Assembly: GCA_964648165.1 (NCBI GenBank)
Contig: CAZYKT010000001.1
Coordinates: 27,258-91,257 of the forward strand
Direction of reading: 5' to 3'
Origin: an uncultured Polyangiaceae bacterium
Lineage (GTDB): Bacteria; Myxococcota_A; Polyangia; Polyangiales; Polyangiaceae
DNA: 64,000 bases
Numbering within the stretch: the stretch's first letter is position 1; every line of letters begins with the position of its first letter. Shown one piece after another: positions 9,801 to 18,713 of the stretch. Below the pieces are notes generated by a model, which worked only from the letters and a program-made list of their open reading frames with translations, made no database searches and had not been told where the DNA came from. Position numbers and translations under genes: made by a program.

Positions 9801-12800
9801 GTTCCAGCAATCGGCACAACCCATCCAGTACCTCGGGATCCGTTGGATCCGCTTCGTGCAAGGAACGCTGAAGGAGAATCGCCGTTTCCACGTCGCCCAG
9901 GTGCTCAGCGTGAATGCGTGCCAAGAGCTTGCGATCGCGACGAACCGCCTCGGCATTGGTTCCGAGCCGGATGCGCGCCTGGAGCGGCTCGACCAGCTCC
10001 CCCCATTGTCCACTGGTTTGCAGGGCGGTGACCAGCCCGTCGATGACCTCCGGATCGTCTGGCGCGTCGCGTCGGACCGCTTCCCAGTTCCGAGCCGCCC
10101 GACGCGGATCGCCGAGCTCGTTGGTGGCGAGACGGGCCGCCTCGCGGTGGGCACGGACGCGCTCCTCGGAGGTGTCAACCAATTCAGCCAGTCGCTCCAG
10201 CACCGCGCACCGTTCAGTGTGCCGTCCGAGTCGCCCCAACCAGGACTCCAAGGTGCGGTGCGCGTCAACGACGAACAGCGGGGGAGCGTCCTCACTCTTC
10301 AATAGCGCGCCGATCAGTTCGACGGCCCGCTCCGTGTCACCAAGCACCTCGGCGCTCAGCCGAGCCGCATCGCGAAGCAATGCGGCTCGTGGAACGACCT
10401 GTTCCGTTGCCAGGGCGGCCCGGACCAAATAGTCGACGTGGAGGCGGTGCTCCCCGAGCGGCTCGGCCAGCTGGGAGAGCCAGGTCCGGAACTTCGCCTC
10501 ATCGGGACACAGCGAAAGCAGCTCTCCCACGGCGTGCAGAGCATTGGTCGGGTTCGACAGTTCGGATTGTTCCGTCTCCGCGAGTTCGCACAGCAGCCTT
10601 GCCCGTCGTTCGGGTTGCCGGACGAAGGAAAGCTCATCCTTTAGCACCCGAGCCAAATCGCCAGAGCGATGCGCATCTCGGTAGCGAGCCCGAAGCATCG
10701 CCGCTGCCCGTTCGGATGGTCCAGGCACTGTGTCCAGTGCTGCCGCGCGACCTGAGGGGGAAAGGAAGATCCTCTCCAGGAGCTCGGTTCCCTCCTGCCA
10801 GGCGGGGTGCTCCGTGCAACCCCTCTCCAACGCCTCCAGGGCCTCTGTTAGGGCGCCGGCCTGTAGCCACAGTGACACCACGCGGTACACCAGATCGGTT
10901 GACTCACCCTCGCCGGTCCGGGCCGCACGTTGCAGCAAATGGTCGACGAGCTGCCGCGTCATGCCCTGTTTCTCGTAGAGGCGCTCCAGCATGGTGAAGA
11001 GGCGCATGTCCGTGGGGTGCAGCTCGTATAGCTGTTCGAAATAGGGCAGGGCGCGAACCACGTCGCCCGCCAGATCCTTGGCTGTTACCGAGGCTTCATT
11101 GAGAAGCTCCTCTCGTCCCTGCGGATCCGACGTGGCATCGACGGCCGCGTCGTACAGGCGCAATAGCTCGTCCCAGCGGCCCTGCACGTTCAGGTGGAGC
11201 TTGATCCTGTCCAGAGCCCACCGTGCGTCGGGCACGACTGCCAGGACCCGTATCAGCGCCGGTGTGGTCACATCCGTGTCATCCGTCAGCTCGACCAGGC
11301 GTCGGCCCAGTGCCACGACGAGGGCCGGCTCGTCGTGGGCGTGCAGCGCGTCGACAATCGTCGTCAGCAGAACCGACTCTTGGCCGTGACCCTCACACAG
11401 AGAGCGCAATAGGTCCCAGAAGGAGTCGACCTCGGGATGCTCGACGACCGCTCGCTGGGCGAGGACGAGCCGCACCGACGGCTCCGTTGCGGCATTGGCC
11501 AACCCCGACTCGAACCATTCGCGACGGAACTTCAGGGCCTTCTCGGAGATCGGCCCCTCGCCTTCTCGCAGATCCTGGGTTGCGTCCAGGCACGAAAGGA
11601 TGCTGGCCAACGGCACCGAGGAGTCGCCCGCGGACGCCCGCAAAAGGTCGAGCCAGAGCACCGTCGCCTCAAGGCGCAATGCCGGATCCGGGGTCTTCAT
11701 CAGGAGGTGGAGCTGTTCACGGATCCCCGGGTGCTCGGGCGCCGTCACAGCGGCCTCGTCGAGTAGGGAAAGGGCCAGCTGCGTTTGGCCGAGGTGCAAA
11801 AATAGGATGTTGGCGCGCCGGACAGTCACCTCGACGCGCTGCGCCTGGTCGAGGCAGAGAGCCAGGCGCTCCAGGGCACGCTCGGCTTCGTTCCAGTCCT
11901 CGTCCCGTTCGTGGATCCTGGCCAGGGACGCAAGCGCCTCCATGCAGTTGGTATCCTGGGCTGCCACTCGCTCGTACAGAGCGGTCGCTGCCTTGAGGTC
12001 CGCGAACAGCTCCTCCTCCAGGCGTGCCCACTCACACAGAATCGAGCTTGGATCGGTGGCGCGTTCGGCGCGCCACTCGAACAGACGCCCCAGGTGGGTC
12101 CGACGCCACTGTTTGTCCGGGGCGCCATCCAGCCAGCTGCGGAACTCCGCGACGTCAGCGTCGTCGGCACGTGACTCCAGGAGCGAATGGTAGGCATCGG
12201 CGGCGGCATCGGCCTGAGCTGGGTCATCGGCGAGGGTCCGGGCCTTGGCGCGTTTCAGATCATGGACGAGATCGGAGCTATCAGCGGTCACCGACCAGAG
12301 CAGCTCATCCACCATGGTCGCGTAGGCAACCCCGGACCGGTGAGTCGTCGCCGAGACCTGAAGCGACAGCAGAACCTCGACGCAGTGCCGCAGAGCGACT
12401 GCGTCCTCGGCCCGCCTGAGCATGATTGCGAACGCCGCGGGAACCCGACTCCAATCACCGGATGCGGCATGGACTCTGACCAGCGCCTCGGCGGAGGCCG
12501 AATCATCACCAGCCGCAGCCAGAGCCTGTTCGTACAGTCGCTGAGCGGCAATCCCCTGAGGATCGATCGCTTCCAGCTCCCTGGCCCCCATCTTGTAGGC
12601 GTTGGCGGCGGCCGTACAATCAGCGACTTGGTCGAGCAAGAAGTCTCCCAGTCGCTCGAAGGCGCGCGCGCGCGCGGCGCCAGGCACCGATAGATCGGTG
12701 CGTCGTTCCAGCACCCGTTGGCGGAGCTCCGCATCGTCCCCTTGCTCTGCCTGAGCCTCCAGGGCGTCCAAGAGCACCTCGAGGGTCGGATCCTGGGGGT

Positions 12801-14367
12801 CAAGCCGGGGGAGTTCAGCCAGAGCTTGCTCGAGTTGCGCGGGGCTCCTCTGGGCGACGTAGGCCCGGAGCAAGGCGGCCCGTGCGCCCGCGTGGTGAGG
12901 AACCAGCCGCAGAGCCTGTTCCCACGCCTGCAGGGCCTGGGCCGGTTCGCCGCCAGTCCCCGATTGCAGCGCCCCCATTTGGCACAGGATCTCGGCCCGA
13001 TCAGCCGGCTCGGCCAGACGAGTCAGGGCGAACCGATAGCGAGCCAGCCGGACCTCCAGCGGCTCTGCCAGGCGGACCGCCACTTCGTCCAGCGACTGCA
13101 GCAACCACCGCAAATCGAGGCTTGCCCCAATGTCGCCGGCCTCCGAGTCCACCACCCGATCGAAGGCTGAACGGTAACGCGCGAAGAGGTCCTTCCACAG
13201 CTCCGGTTCGGTGAGCGTCCCGCCGGAGAGCTCCGCTCGCAACTGCACGGCGCGACGCTGCAGCTCCATACTGGTTCGCTCATCCTTGGCGGCCTCGCCT
13301 CGCGCCATCAATAGTTCCAGTAGCGCTTCCCGGTTGTTGACCTTTTCGTAGAGCTCAGTCAGTTGCTCCTGTGCTTCCTGGGCCCGATCCGTCGAACACA
13401 AAACCCGATACGCATCGATCTGCTCTTCGGCCGTGGCGGAGGCATCCGAAGCAAGCTCCAGCATGCTCGAAGCGGCCTGGACCCGAGCTGTCAGCTCGGG
13501 TTCCTGGCGAGCCCGGACGTGCCAGGCGCAATACCGAGTCCGAGCGGAGAGCTTGTCCAGCCCCAACACAGCTCGCGCTGCCTGCAATCGGGATGGATCA
13601 TCGGTGTCGGCCAGGACAACCCGTTCCAGGATCAGACGAGCCTGCTCGGCCTCGCCGAGTTCCAAAAAGGCCCGTGCGGCATCCCACCCCACCTTTGCCA
13701 TTTCCGTGGGTCCGGACAGCTTCCTGCAGAGGCGGGTCAGCAGTCGCCCGGCCTCGTGGGTCCGACCGCATTCAGCACTCAGCTTCAGGAACAGGGCCCG
13801 AATCGAATCGTCAGTCGGATCGTGAGTGACCAGCGGTTCCAAGAGCTGCAGGGCGCCCTCCGCGTCGTCCAATACCTCATGCCGCAACGTGGCCAAACGA
13901 TGCTGGACGTGCCGAAGCCGCTGAGCCCCAGCCAGCTTCAGCTCCAGCGTCAGGGCGCGTATCTCCTCTGCGTGCCGACCCCGCCGACGGTGGGTGTCCG
14001 ACAACAAGGCAGCGACTCGTCCACCGATGGCTTGATTGTCGATGAGCGAGTCCGCGATCTCGATGACCGACTCGTCGGTGGGATCGTGGCTCAGCAAGGC
14101 GTTCAGATGGTCGATGGCGCGTTCGGGAATGCCGAGGGCCCCAACGTACCAGGCCACCAGCTTGCACCGCAACGTATGGGTCGTGGCCTCGGGGAGCTCA
14201 GGGGTCCCCCCCAGCAGGGACTCCACAGTGGTTGCCAGCTTGGCCAGGTCGTCGGGCGTCCCATGAGCTTGCTCGAAGGCATCCCAACGCGATGAGTCGC
14301 CGTCACTCAAGTAGACCAAGAGATCCGACAGCCTCGAATCAGTCAACTCCTCGACCACAACACCCAC
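6862..14367 (-). CDS. Giant TPR-repeat protein (2501 aa)
   Basis: One uninterrupted 7.5-kb ORF with a GTG start at 14367 preceded by GGCGGAGTGAG (SD-like). The whole length is helical-hairpin repeats with a recurring L..LY...G.W.EL pattern (LERLYEKQGMTRQLVDHL, ALQTSGQWGELVEPL, LNVQGRWDELLRLYD, LLERTERWDDLVASI). No signal peptide or TM segment seen. Confidence 0.85.
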   Translation of the reverse strand: MGVVVEELTDSRLSDLLVYLSDGDSSRWDAFEQAHGTPDDLAKLATTVESLLGGTPELPEATTHTLRCKLVAWYVGALGIPERAIDHLNALLSHDPTDESVIEIADSLIDNQAIGGRVAALLSDTHRRRGRHAEEIRALTLELKLAGAQRLRHVQHRLATLRHEVLDDAEGALQLLEPLVTHDPTDDSIRALFLKLSAECGRTHEAGRLLTRLCRKLSGPTEMAKVGWDAARAFLELGEAEQARLILERVVLADTDDPSRLQAARAVLGLDKLSARTRYCAWHVRARQEPELTARVQAASSMLELASDASATAEEQIDAYRVLCSTDRAQEAQEQLTELYEKVNNREALLELLMARGEAAKDERTSMELQRRAVQLRAELSGGTLTEPELWKDLFARYRSAFDRVVDSEAGDIGASLDLRWLLQSLDEVAVRLAEPLEVRLARYRFALTRLAEPADRAEILCQMGALQSGTGGEPAQALQAWEQALRLVPHHAGARAALLRAYVAQRSPAQLEQALAELPRLDPQDPTLEVLLDALEAQAEQGDDAELRQRVLERRTDLSVPGAARARAFERLGDFLLDQVADCTAAANAYKMGARELEAIDPQGIAAQRLYEQALAAAGDDSASAEALVRVHAASGDWSRVPAAFAIMLRRAEDAVALRHCVEVLLSLQVSATTHRSGVAYATMVDELLWSVTADSSDLVHDLKRAKARTLADDPAQADAAADAYHSLLESRADDADVAEFRSWLDGAPDKQWRRTHLGRLFEWRAERATDPSSILCEWARLEEELFADLKAATALYERVAAQDTNCMEALASLARIHERDEDWNEAERALERLALCLDQAQRVEVTVRRANILFLHLGQTQLALSLLDEAAVTAPEHPGIREQLHLLMKTPDPALRLEATVLWLDLLRASAGDSSVPLASILSCLDATQDLREGEGPISEKALKFRREWFESGLANAATEPSVRLVLAQRAVVEHPEVDSFWDLLRSLCEGHGQESVLLTTIVDALHAHDEPALVVALGRRLVELTDDTDVTTPALIRVLAVVPDARWALDRIKLHLNVQGRWDELLRLYDAAVDATSDPQGREELLNEASVTAKDLAGDVVRALPYFEQLYELHPTDMRLFTMLERLYEKQGMTRQLVDHLLQRAARTGEGESTDLVYRVVSLWLQAGALTEALEALERGCTEHPAWQEGTELLERIFLSPSGRAAALDTVPGPSERAAAMLRARYRDAHRSGDLARVLKDELSFVRQPERRARLLCELAETEQSELSNPTNALHAVGELLSLCPDEAKFRTWLSQLAEPLGEHRLHVDYLVRAALATEQVVPRAALLRDAARLSAEVLGDTERAVELIGALLKSEDAPPLFVVDAHRTLESWLGRLGRHTERCAVLERLAELVDTSEERVRAHREAARLATNELGDPRRAARNWEAVRRDAPDDPEVIDGLVTALQTSGQWGELVEPLQARIRLGTNAEAVRRDRKLLARIHAEHLGDVETAILLQRSLHEADPTDPEVLDGLCRLLERTERWDDLVASIERSARVSDDPEPLYQRLGQVHQRATGNVRAALEAFLAANDLESAAELALNSPELGVDDQALRLELASALVKQQRLPEATRLIHLQLSQYGERRPRERGVAHRELARVLLLMGQPEAALGELEAAITMDPGSPELLAMRGALAYEQGHVGVAEQSYRSLLLVALHPAPGQSPPPKSAVYFHLARIAERLGEPDRASELFTSAFETTLGDQHEADGLEQVVLEECRDDWLARCVDARIEAAGDPNTAALALADLVERRLARGVLSPELVAHIRGRADQLWNDLQKPTHQHSGWDVWRPLIRVYRRVGDTDLVLSLLASLEEWFGHTPVGLELQIESSKLLLELPERREEAIEKLRDVWRQDPTRTDVAQCLGRALEQDGRLTELAVLLRQQLALQTGSTDSEYTARLSFDLAELLERAGDLEQALLTYQSASELRGGHRQRALEGMVRVLEESSGPLDRLAEALEALLPYQQGPRVAALAERIFDLRSQLGDDDGAETALRAGFAASPGHPGLRNALVRLYWRRGDVAAGLEVLERALQQSPGDRELRMSLIEACHEAGRHEQALSLLTSVLDKDPSNPELQRLRYRSFRAVGNDEEALCALEVAYQGGAIPRSELLFAIAESRLSNVSRHWLDREVQLLREDGAADQALARLSGWVAQHPDDVDALRAVGQLHTRDGNWLQAAEILARLVPLEPEQTRVSVALQLAQVAGRLEQPAPWFEVIRSVCRQFPTDISLREALGRLYESCGQHAAHARVLVELAEQAADIEATTRWLVQAGRAWIKAGEMPRALEVLERAQALSPDSLSVTLLRVQLLRDVGRSEEAREHLERLAQTHKGARDRNMAQVHALIAEYYLDSDDLVEAYEALTASHRLDKSNAHVALLLGLVAVDLDDLDTAANALRIATAAPAAADSESGLDATGRARAYAQLAWIQHSKSRNATARQMLNKALAEDPYNPMARRLLEHLSTL

Positions 14368-14417
14368 CTCACTCCGCCATGGCTACCCTCGACACACGCC
14401 CTGGTCAGAGGACGTAG

Positions 14418-14450
14418 CGTGTCATCCTGACACGCGATTTGGCATGACAC
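14418..14450. promoter_or_regulatory. Candidate operator: perfect 7-3-7 inverted repeat CGTGTCA-TCC-TGACACG plus a third TGACAC half-site
   Basis: CGTGTCATCCTGACACG at 14418..14434 and TGACAC again at 14445..14450. The site lies 50-85 nt upstream of the giant TPR gene start (14367, minus strand), inside a 287-bp intergenic gap of visibly lower GC. Confidence 0.3.
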
Positions 14451-14654
14451 CCCAGCAAATGAACCAATTCGAGGTGTCCAAAGCGTACAGTACATGATTT
14501 CGGCGGCCGCGACAGAAGGTCCGGACCCCAGGGGATGTCAGACGCCCAGCATCCACCGCTCGTTCTGGAAACATGCGCTATTGCGCGAAAGATCCCAGGG
14601 AGGATTGATACCACACTCGAAACTTCGCGCATTGCTGGTCGGTGGGCCCCACGG

Positions 14655-16217
14655 TCAATGACCCGCGAAGGTTCTCTGCTCGGATGAATCCAGGGAATGC
14701 CGCGTTTCGCGCGGGGAGGCGTCGCCAATCGTGCGTCTTAGCAGAACGCGGCGCAGGTTGTCCCGCATCTTGGCATCCTCGGGGAAGTTCCCCAGACCTC
14801 GACGCAATACCGCTTCGGCCCTGTCCCAGTTGCCTCGACGACCCTCCAGCTTGGCGAGATTGTTGATGGCGCGCCGGACCGGTTCTCCCGAAGTGCCGCG
14901 CGCCAGTACCAACTCATAGGCCTTGCGTGCCTCGGCCTGGGACCCCTGAGCTTCGTAAGCCTGACCGAGTTGATAAGGCGCCAGGGTCGACATTCGAGTC
15001 TTGCGGGTGGCATCGGCGAAGACCAGGACGCTGTCACCGAACAGGGCGGCGCGATGCATCGAGCCGCCCGTGAAGATCAACAACAACAGACCAGCTGCAC
15101 CAATGCCCAGGCCACGACGGATATGGACGCAGTGTCCCGCCAACAGGGCCACGGCCATTACGCTCCACCACAGGTAGCGGTCTGCCATGGGATTTTGCAG
15201 TGCGACCAGGACCTGACTGACCGGAAGCAAGGGCACGATGAACCACAGAAAACCGACCCAGAGCCCCGGGCGCTTGGTCCTGTGCCAGCGGTACCAGCCG
15301 ACCAACCCCCACATCAGAACGACCCCGTATCCCAGACCGGAAGTCAGGTCGAGGGCTCGACGCACCGGGACGTCATGAACCAGACTGAGAGCTCCCGGCC
15401 AGACCAGCATACCCAAATAGCGCAGCCAGACGGGACCCATGCTGCAAAGCGCCGAGCTGCGGGAGCCCCCCAACGGCGAGCTCATCATGCCGACGGTGCG
15501 CCCCACCCAGAGGTCCACCCCCAAGACCAGCAGCGTCACCAGCCCGGCCACCACCAGAGCCGGTCGATGGGGCCGTCGATGCCGCATGAAGTCCAGCGTT
15601 GGCAAGAGTAGCACCATGGCCACGCTCATGGACTTGGACAGCATGGCCCCCAGCATCGCGAGGGCCGTGACCCAGACGAAGTGGGGTCGACGGCGGTCGT
15701 AAGCAACCAGGGCGGTGGCCACGAAGAGCATGGCCAAGACGTCCTTCCTACCGGCAATCCAGGCTACATTCTCGACGTGGGCCGGATGCAGCGCGAACAC
15801 CCAGGTGGCGAGCTCGGCGGGAAGGCGAGTCGACAACATGCCGCGGAGCAGGTGTCGGACCTGGCAGATGGCCAGACCGTAGAGGGCCCAATTGACCAGG
15901 TGCCGCGCCGCGGGTGAGTCACCGAATAGCCGCGCTTCCAGCCAATGACTGGTGTCTCGAAGCGGTAGGTATTCCGCTCCCAACTCCAGGCGGGTCCCAA
16001 AGTCGAAACGAGTCCAAATGCTGACCAGCTCCCGGAGCGTGCCGTGTGAGTACCACGGATTCTGCTGCACCAGCCAGGGGTCGTCGTAGTTCAGATACCC
16101 GCCACCGATGGAGGGGAGGTAGACCAGCGCCAGCGTGACCCACAAAAGCAAGGGCGCCGTGCGCAGGAACAGCCGCTCGAAGTCGGTCCCAATAACCCCT
16201 CGTGCCGGCGACATCAC
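14655..16217 (-). CDS. Polytopic membrane protein with C-terminal TPR domain (GT-C / PMT-TMTC-like putative glycosyltransferase)
   Basis: Many hydrophobic helices. The acidic loop motif NYDDPWLV follows the first helix, as in GT-C enzymes. The C-terminal soluble region has TPR-like repeats (QLGQAYEAQGSQAEARKAYELVL, AINNLAKLEGRRGNWDRAEAVLRRGL). The start lies 4 nt after the TraB-family stop. Confidence 0.7.
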   Translation of the reverse strand: MMSPARGVIGTDFERLFLRTAPLLLWVTLALVYLPSIGGGYLNYDDPWLVQQNPWYSHGTLRELVSIWTRFDFGTRLELGAEYLPLRDTSHWLEARLFGDSPAARHLVNWALYGLAICQVRHLLRGMLSTRLPAELATWVFALHPAHVENVAWIAGRKDVLAMLFVATALVAYDRRRPHFVWVTALAMLGAMLSKSMSVAMVLLLPTLDFMRHRRPHRPALVVAGLVTLLVLGVDLWVGRTVGMMSSPLGGSRSSALCSMGPVWLRYLGMLVWPGALSLVHDVPVRRALDLTSGLGYGVVLMWGLVGWYRWHRTKRPGLWVGFLWFIVPLLPVSQVLVALQNPMADRYLWWSVMAVALLAGHCVHIRRGLGIGAAGLLLLIFTGGSMHRAALFGDSVLVFADATRKTRMSTLAPYQLGQAYEAQGSQAEARKAYELVLARGTSGEPVRRAINNLAKLEGRRGNWDRAEAVLRRGLGNFPEDAKMRDNLRRVLLRRTIGDASPRETRHSLDSSEQRTFAGH

Positions 16218-16221
16218 AAGA

Positions 16222-17385
16222 CTACCCCAGCAGAGTTAGCACCCAGGCGACACCCACCGCCATGCCAACGCTGGCCCCCAACGAGGAAAGCACGAAGACC
16301 AGCAGTACCCGGGTGGCTCGGTTGTGAAGCCAGCCGCGCAACGACAGGACCGCCTCCGGGATCGCCTCGCAGTCGGCGACGGTGGGACGGCGCACCCAAG
16401 CCTCCACCAGAGCGGTTACCATCCCGGCACCAATCAGGGGATTGAGCGTGGTCAGTGGCGCTGCCAGGATCGCGCTGAGGATGGTCAAGGGATGGGCCAA
16501 GGCCAGGGCGGTGGCGACCCCACAGCCCAGGGAGGTCGGGATGATCCAGGCCTTCAGCATCTCGAGCAGACTCTCCTGTTGGTGCTCGCGCCAGCCGAAG
16601 AAGAAGGCCACCAAGACGACCAGGGGCAGGCCCCAACCCAGGATGCGACCCAGACGGGAGGGCGGAGGGAGTTGGGTGATTGCAGCCCGATCGACGGGAG
16701 TGTCCAGGTTGGCCAGCATGCCCTGGACGTGACCCGCTCCCACCACCGCGAGGATTCGAGATCCCGGTGCCTTCAGCACCGAGTCGACCAGGTACCGATC
16801 CCGCTCGTCGATCAAGGGCTCACGCAATCCCGGCATGGCCTCTGCTAGTTCCCCGAGCATCTCGGAGATGGTATCTCGATCCCGCATCGCTTCGACGCGC
16901 TCCTCGGTCAGCTCCTCCATGACGAAGGGAGCCGCCAGCAGGGCGCTGGTTAGATTGAGCTTGCTCAGCCAGGAGAGGCTGGCCCAGGTCCGTTTCAGAG
17001 TCACCTGCAGGTCTCGGTCAGCCAGGACCACTCGGGCTCCGATCTTTTCGGCCGTTCTGACAGCAGCCAGTAACTCCGCTCCCGGTCGTATCCCCAGCCG
17101 ATCGCCGATTCGCCGCTGGTAGGCGGAGAGGGCGAGGTTGGCCAGAAGGTACAGGACCCTCTTTTCGCGGATTACCTGGAACAGATCCAGCTGCCGCCAG
17201 CGATTGTCGTCGACCAGCGCCTGATGGCGTGCGACGTCCAGCTCCACGCACACCGTGTCGGGACGAATCTCCTCAATGGCCTCTTTTACCTCCTGCACGC
17301 TCCGGTGGGAGACGTGGGCAGTTCCCAACAGGTAGAGATCGCGATCCTGGTGCCGGAGGTGCGTCACGTGCGAGGCCGAATCCAT
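16222..17385 (-). CDS. TraB/GumN (PrgY/Tiki-like) family protein with C-terminal membrane domain
   Basis: LLGTAHVSHRSVQEV, DTVCVELD and AVVGAGHVQGM are the family's conserved blocks, and the C-terminal ~130 aa are hydrophobic helices. I prefer the ATG at 17385, preceded by GGAGATACC, over the GTG at 17448. Confidence 0.8.
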   Translation of the reverse strand: MDSASHVTHLRHQDRDLYLLGTAHVSHRSVQEVKEAIEEIRPDTVCVELDVARHQALVDDNRWRQLDLFQVIREKRVLYLLANLALSAYQRRIGDRLGIRPGAELLAAVRTAEKIGARVVLADRDLQVTLKRTWASLSWLSKLNLTSALLAAPFVMEELTEERVEAMRDRDTISEMLGELAEAMPGLREPLIDERDRYLVDSVLKAPGSRILAVVGAGHVQGMLANLDTPVDRAAITQLPPPSRLGRILGWGLPLVVLVAFFFGWREHQQESLLEMLKAWIIPTSLGCGVATALALAHPLTILSAILAAPLTTLNPLIGAGMVTALVEAWVRRPTVADCEAIPEAVLSLRGWLHNRATRVLLVFVLSSLGASVGMAVGVAWVLTLLG

Positions 17386-17525
17386 GGTATCTCCGCTCAG
17401 TTTTGCCGCGAACCAGTGGCGGGCACCATCGGAACCACCGTGTTCCACTGGCCCGGGGAGGAGTCGCCTCGACTCGAAGGACCGAGAGCCGTTGCATTCC
17501 TTCCGAGAACGACTAAGGCTACCCC

Positions 17526-18713
17526 GTGTTCTCGGTACGAACCGACCTCGATTATCAGCCCAATCAGCTGACGCTGCTTCGGCAGCGGCTCGAGGCAGAG
17601 CCGGGGGGCCTGATGGATCTGACCGTGACCAATCCGACCCGCGTGGGGCTCTTCGACGACCAGAATGTCCTGTTCGCCCTGACCAGTCGGGAGGGCCTCA
17701 TCTACGAGGTCGACCCAATGGGGCTCGCGGTGGCTCGACAGGCCGTCGCTCGGATGCTGGAGCAGCAGGGTCACCCGGTGCCTTGGCAACAGTTGTGTCT
17801 CACGGCCAGCACCAGCGAAGCCTACGCCTTCCTGTTCAAGCTGCTCGCCGATCCGGGCGACGAGGTGCTGGCCCCACGGCCCAGCTATCCATTGTTCGAA
17901 CATTTGGCCCGTTTGGAGGGGATCCGAACCCGCTTCTACGATCTCGAATATGACGGAGCCTGGCACGTCGATCTCGAATCCGTTCGCTGTCGTTTGGGTC
18001 CGCGGACCCGGGCCATCCTGGTGGTGAGCCCCAATCACCCCACGGGGTCCTGCTGCTCGCGCCAGGAATTGGACGGGCTGGCTGCTTTGGGCAAGCCTCT
18101 GATCGTCGACGAGGTCTTCTTCGATCAACCCTGGGGGTTGGGTCCGTCCCGGGCCTGCTCGGCGCTCGAGCTGGGCGATGCACCGGTCTTCGTGCTGGGC
18201 GGGCTGTCCAAGTCAGTGGCCTTGCCGCAGCTCAAGCTGGCCTGGACGGCGGTCAAGGGTCGCCCCGCCTTCGTGGAAGAGGCGCTGGTGCGCTGGGGTC
18301 TCATTGCCGACACCTTCCTGTCGGTCTCCACGCCGGTTCAGCATGGACTGGCGCCGATCCTGGCGGAGGGAGCCGCCCGTCGCGAGGCGGTGTTAGGTCG
18401 GCTCCGAGCCAACCTGGGCACGCTCAAGAACAGCTGCCAGGGAACCACCTCGACCCTGCTCACCGGAGAGGCCGGGTGGTCCGCCGTCCTGCGGTTGCCT
18501 CGCATCAAGAGCGAGCAAGCCTACGTCATGGACCTATTGGAACAGGATCACGTCCTGGTCCAGCCCGGTTTTTTCTACGACTTCTGCGAAGAAGCCTACG
18601 TGATCGTGAGCCTGTTGCCCAGACCGGAGGTCTTCGCCGAAGCGATCCGGCGCTTGGTCAGACGGGTCGACGCCGTCTGCGGGCCAGGTACAGCCCCGTC
18701 CCCAGCGCACTGA
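17526..18713 (+). CDS. PLP-dependent aminotransferase, class I/II
   Basis: NPTRVGL near the N-terminus, VVSPNHPTG, and the PLP-lysine block GGLSKSVALPQLKLAW (SK...G.R.GW type). GTG start. Confidence 0.85.
   Translation: MFSVRTDLDYQPNQLTLLRQRLEAEPGGLMDLTVTNPTRVGLFDDQNVLFALTSREGLIYEVDPMGLAVARQAVARMLEQQGHPVPWQQLCLTASTSEAYAFLFKLLADPGDEVLAPRPSYPLFEHLARLEGIRTRFYDLEYDGAWHVDLESVRCRLGPRTRAILVVSPNHPTGSCCSRQELDGLAALGKPLIVDEVFFDQPWGLGPSRACSALELGDAPVFVLGGLSKSVALPQLKLAWTAVKGRPAFVEEALVRWGLIADTFLSVSTPVQHGLAPILAEGAARREAVLGRLRANLGTLKNSCQGTTSTLLTGEAGWSAVLRLPRIKSEQAYVMDLLEQDHVLVQPGFFYDFCEEAYVIVSLLPRPEVFAEAIRRLVRRVDAVCGPGTAPSPAH

Noticed and set aside
6877-14306. Dozens of 60-310-aa ORFs in five other frames across the giant TPR gene
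   Set aside because: A single uninterrupted 2501-codon frame with consistent TPR-like sequence explains the region. The alternatives are Arg/Pro/Gly-rich shadows.
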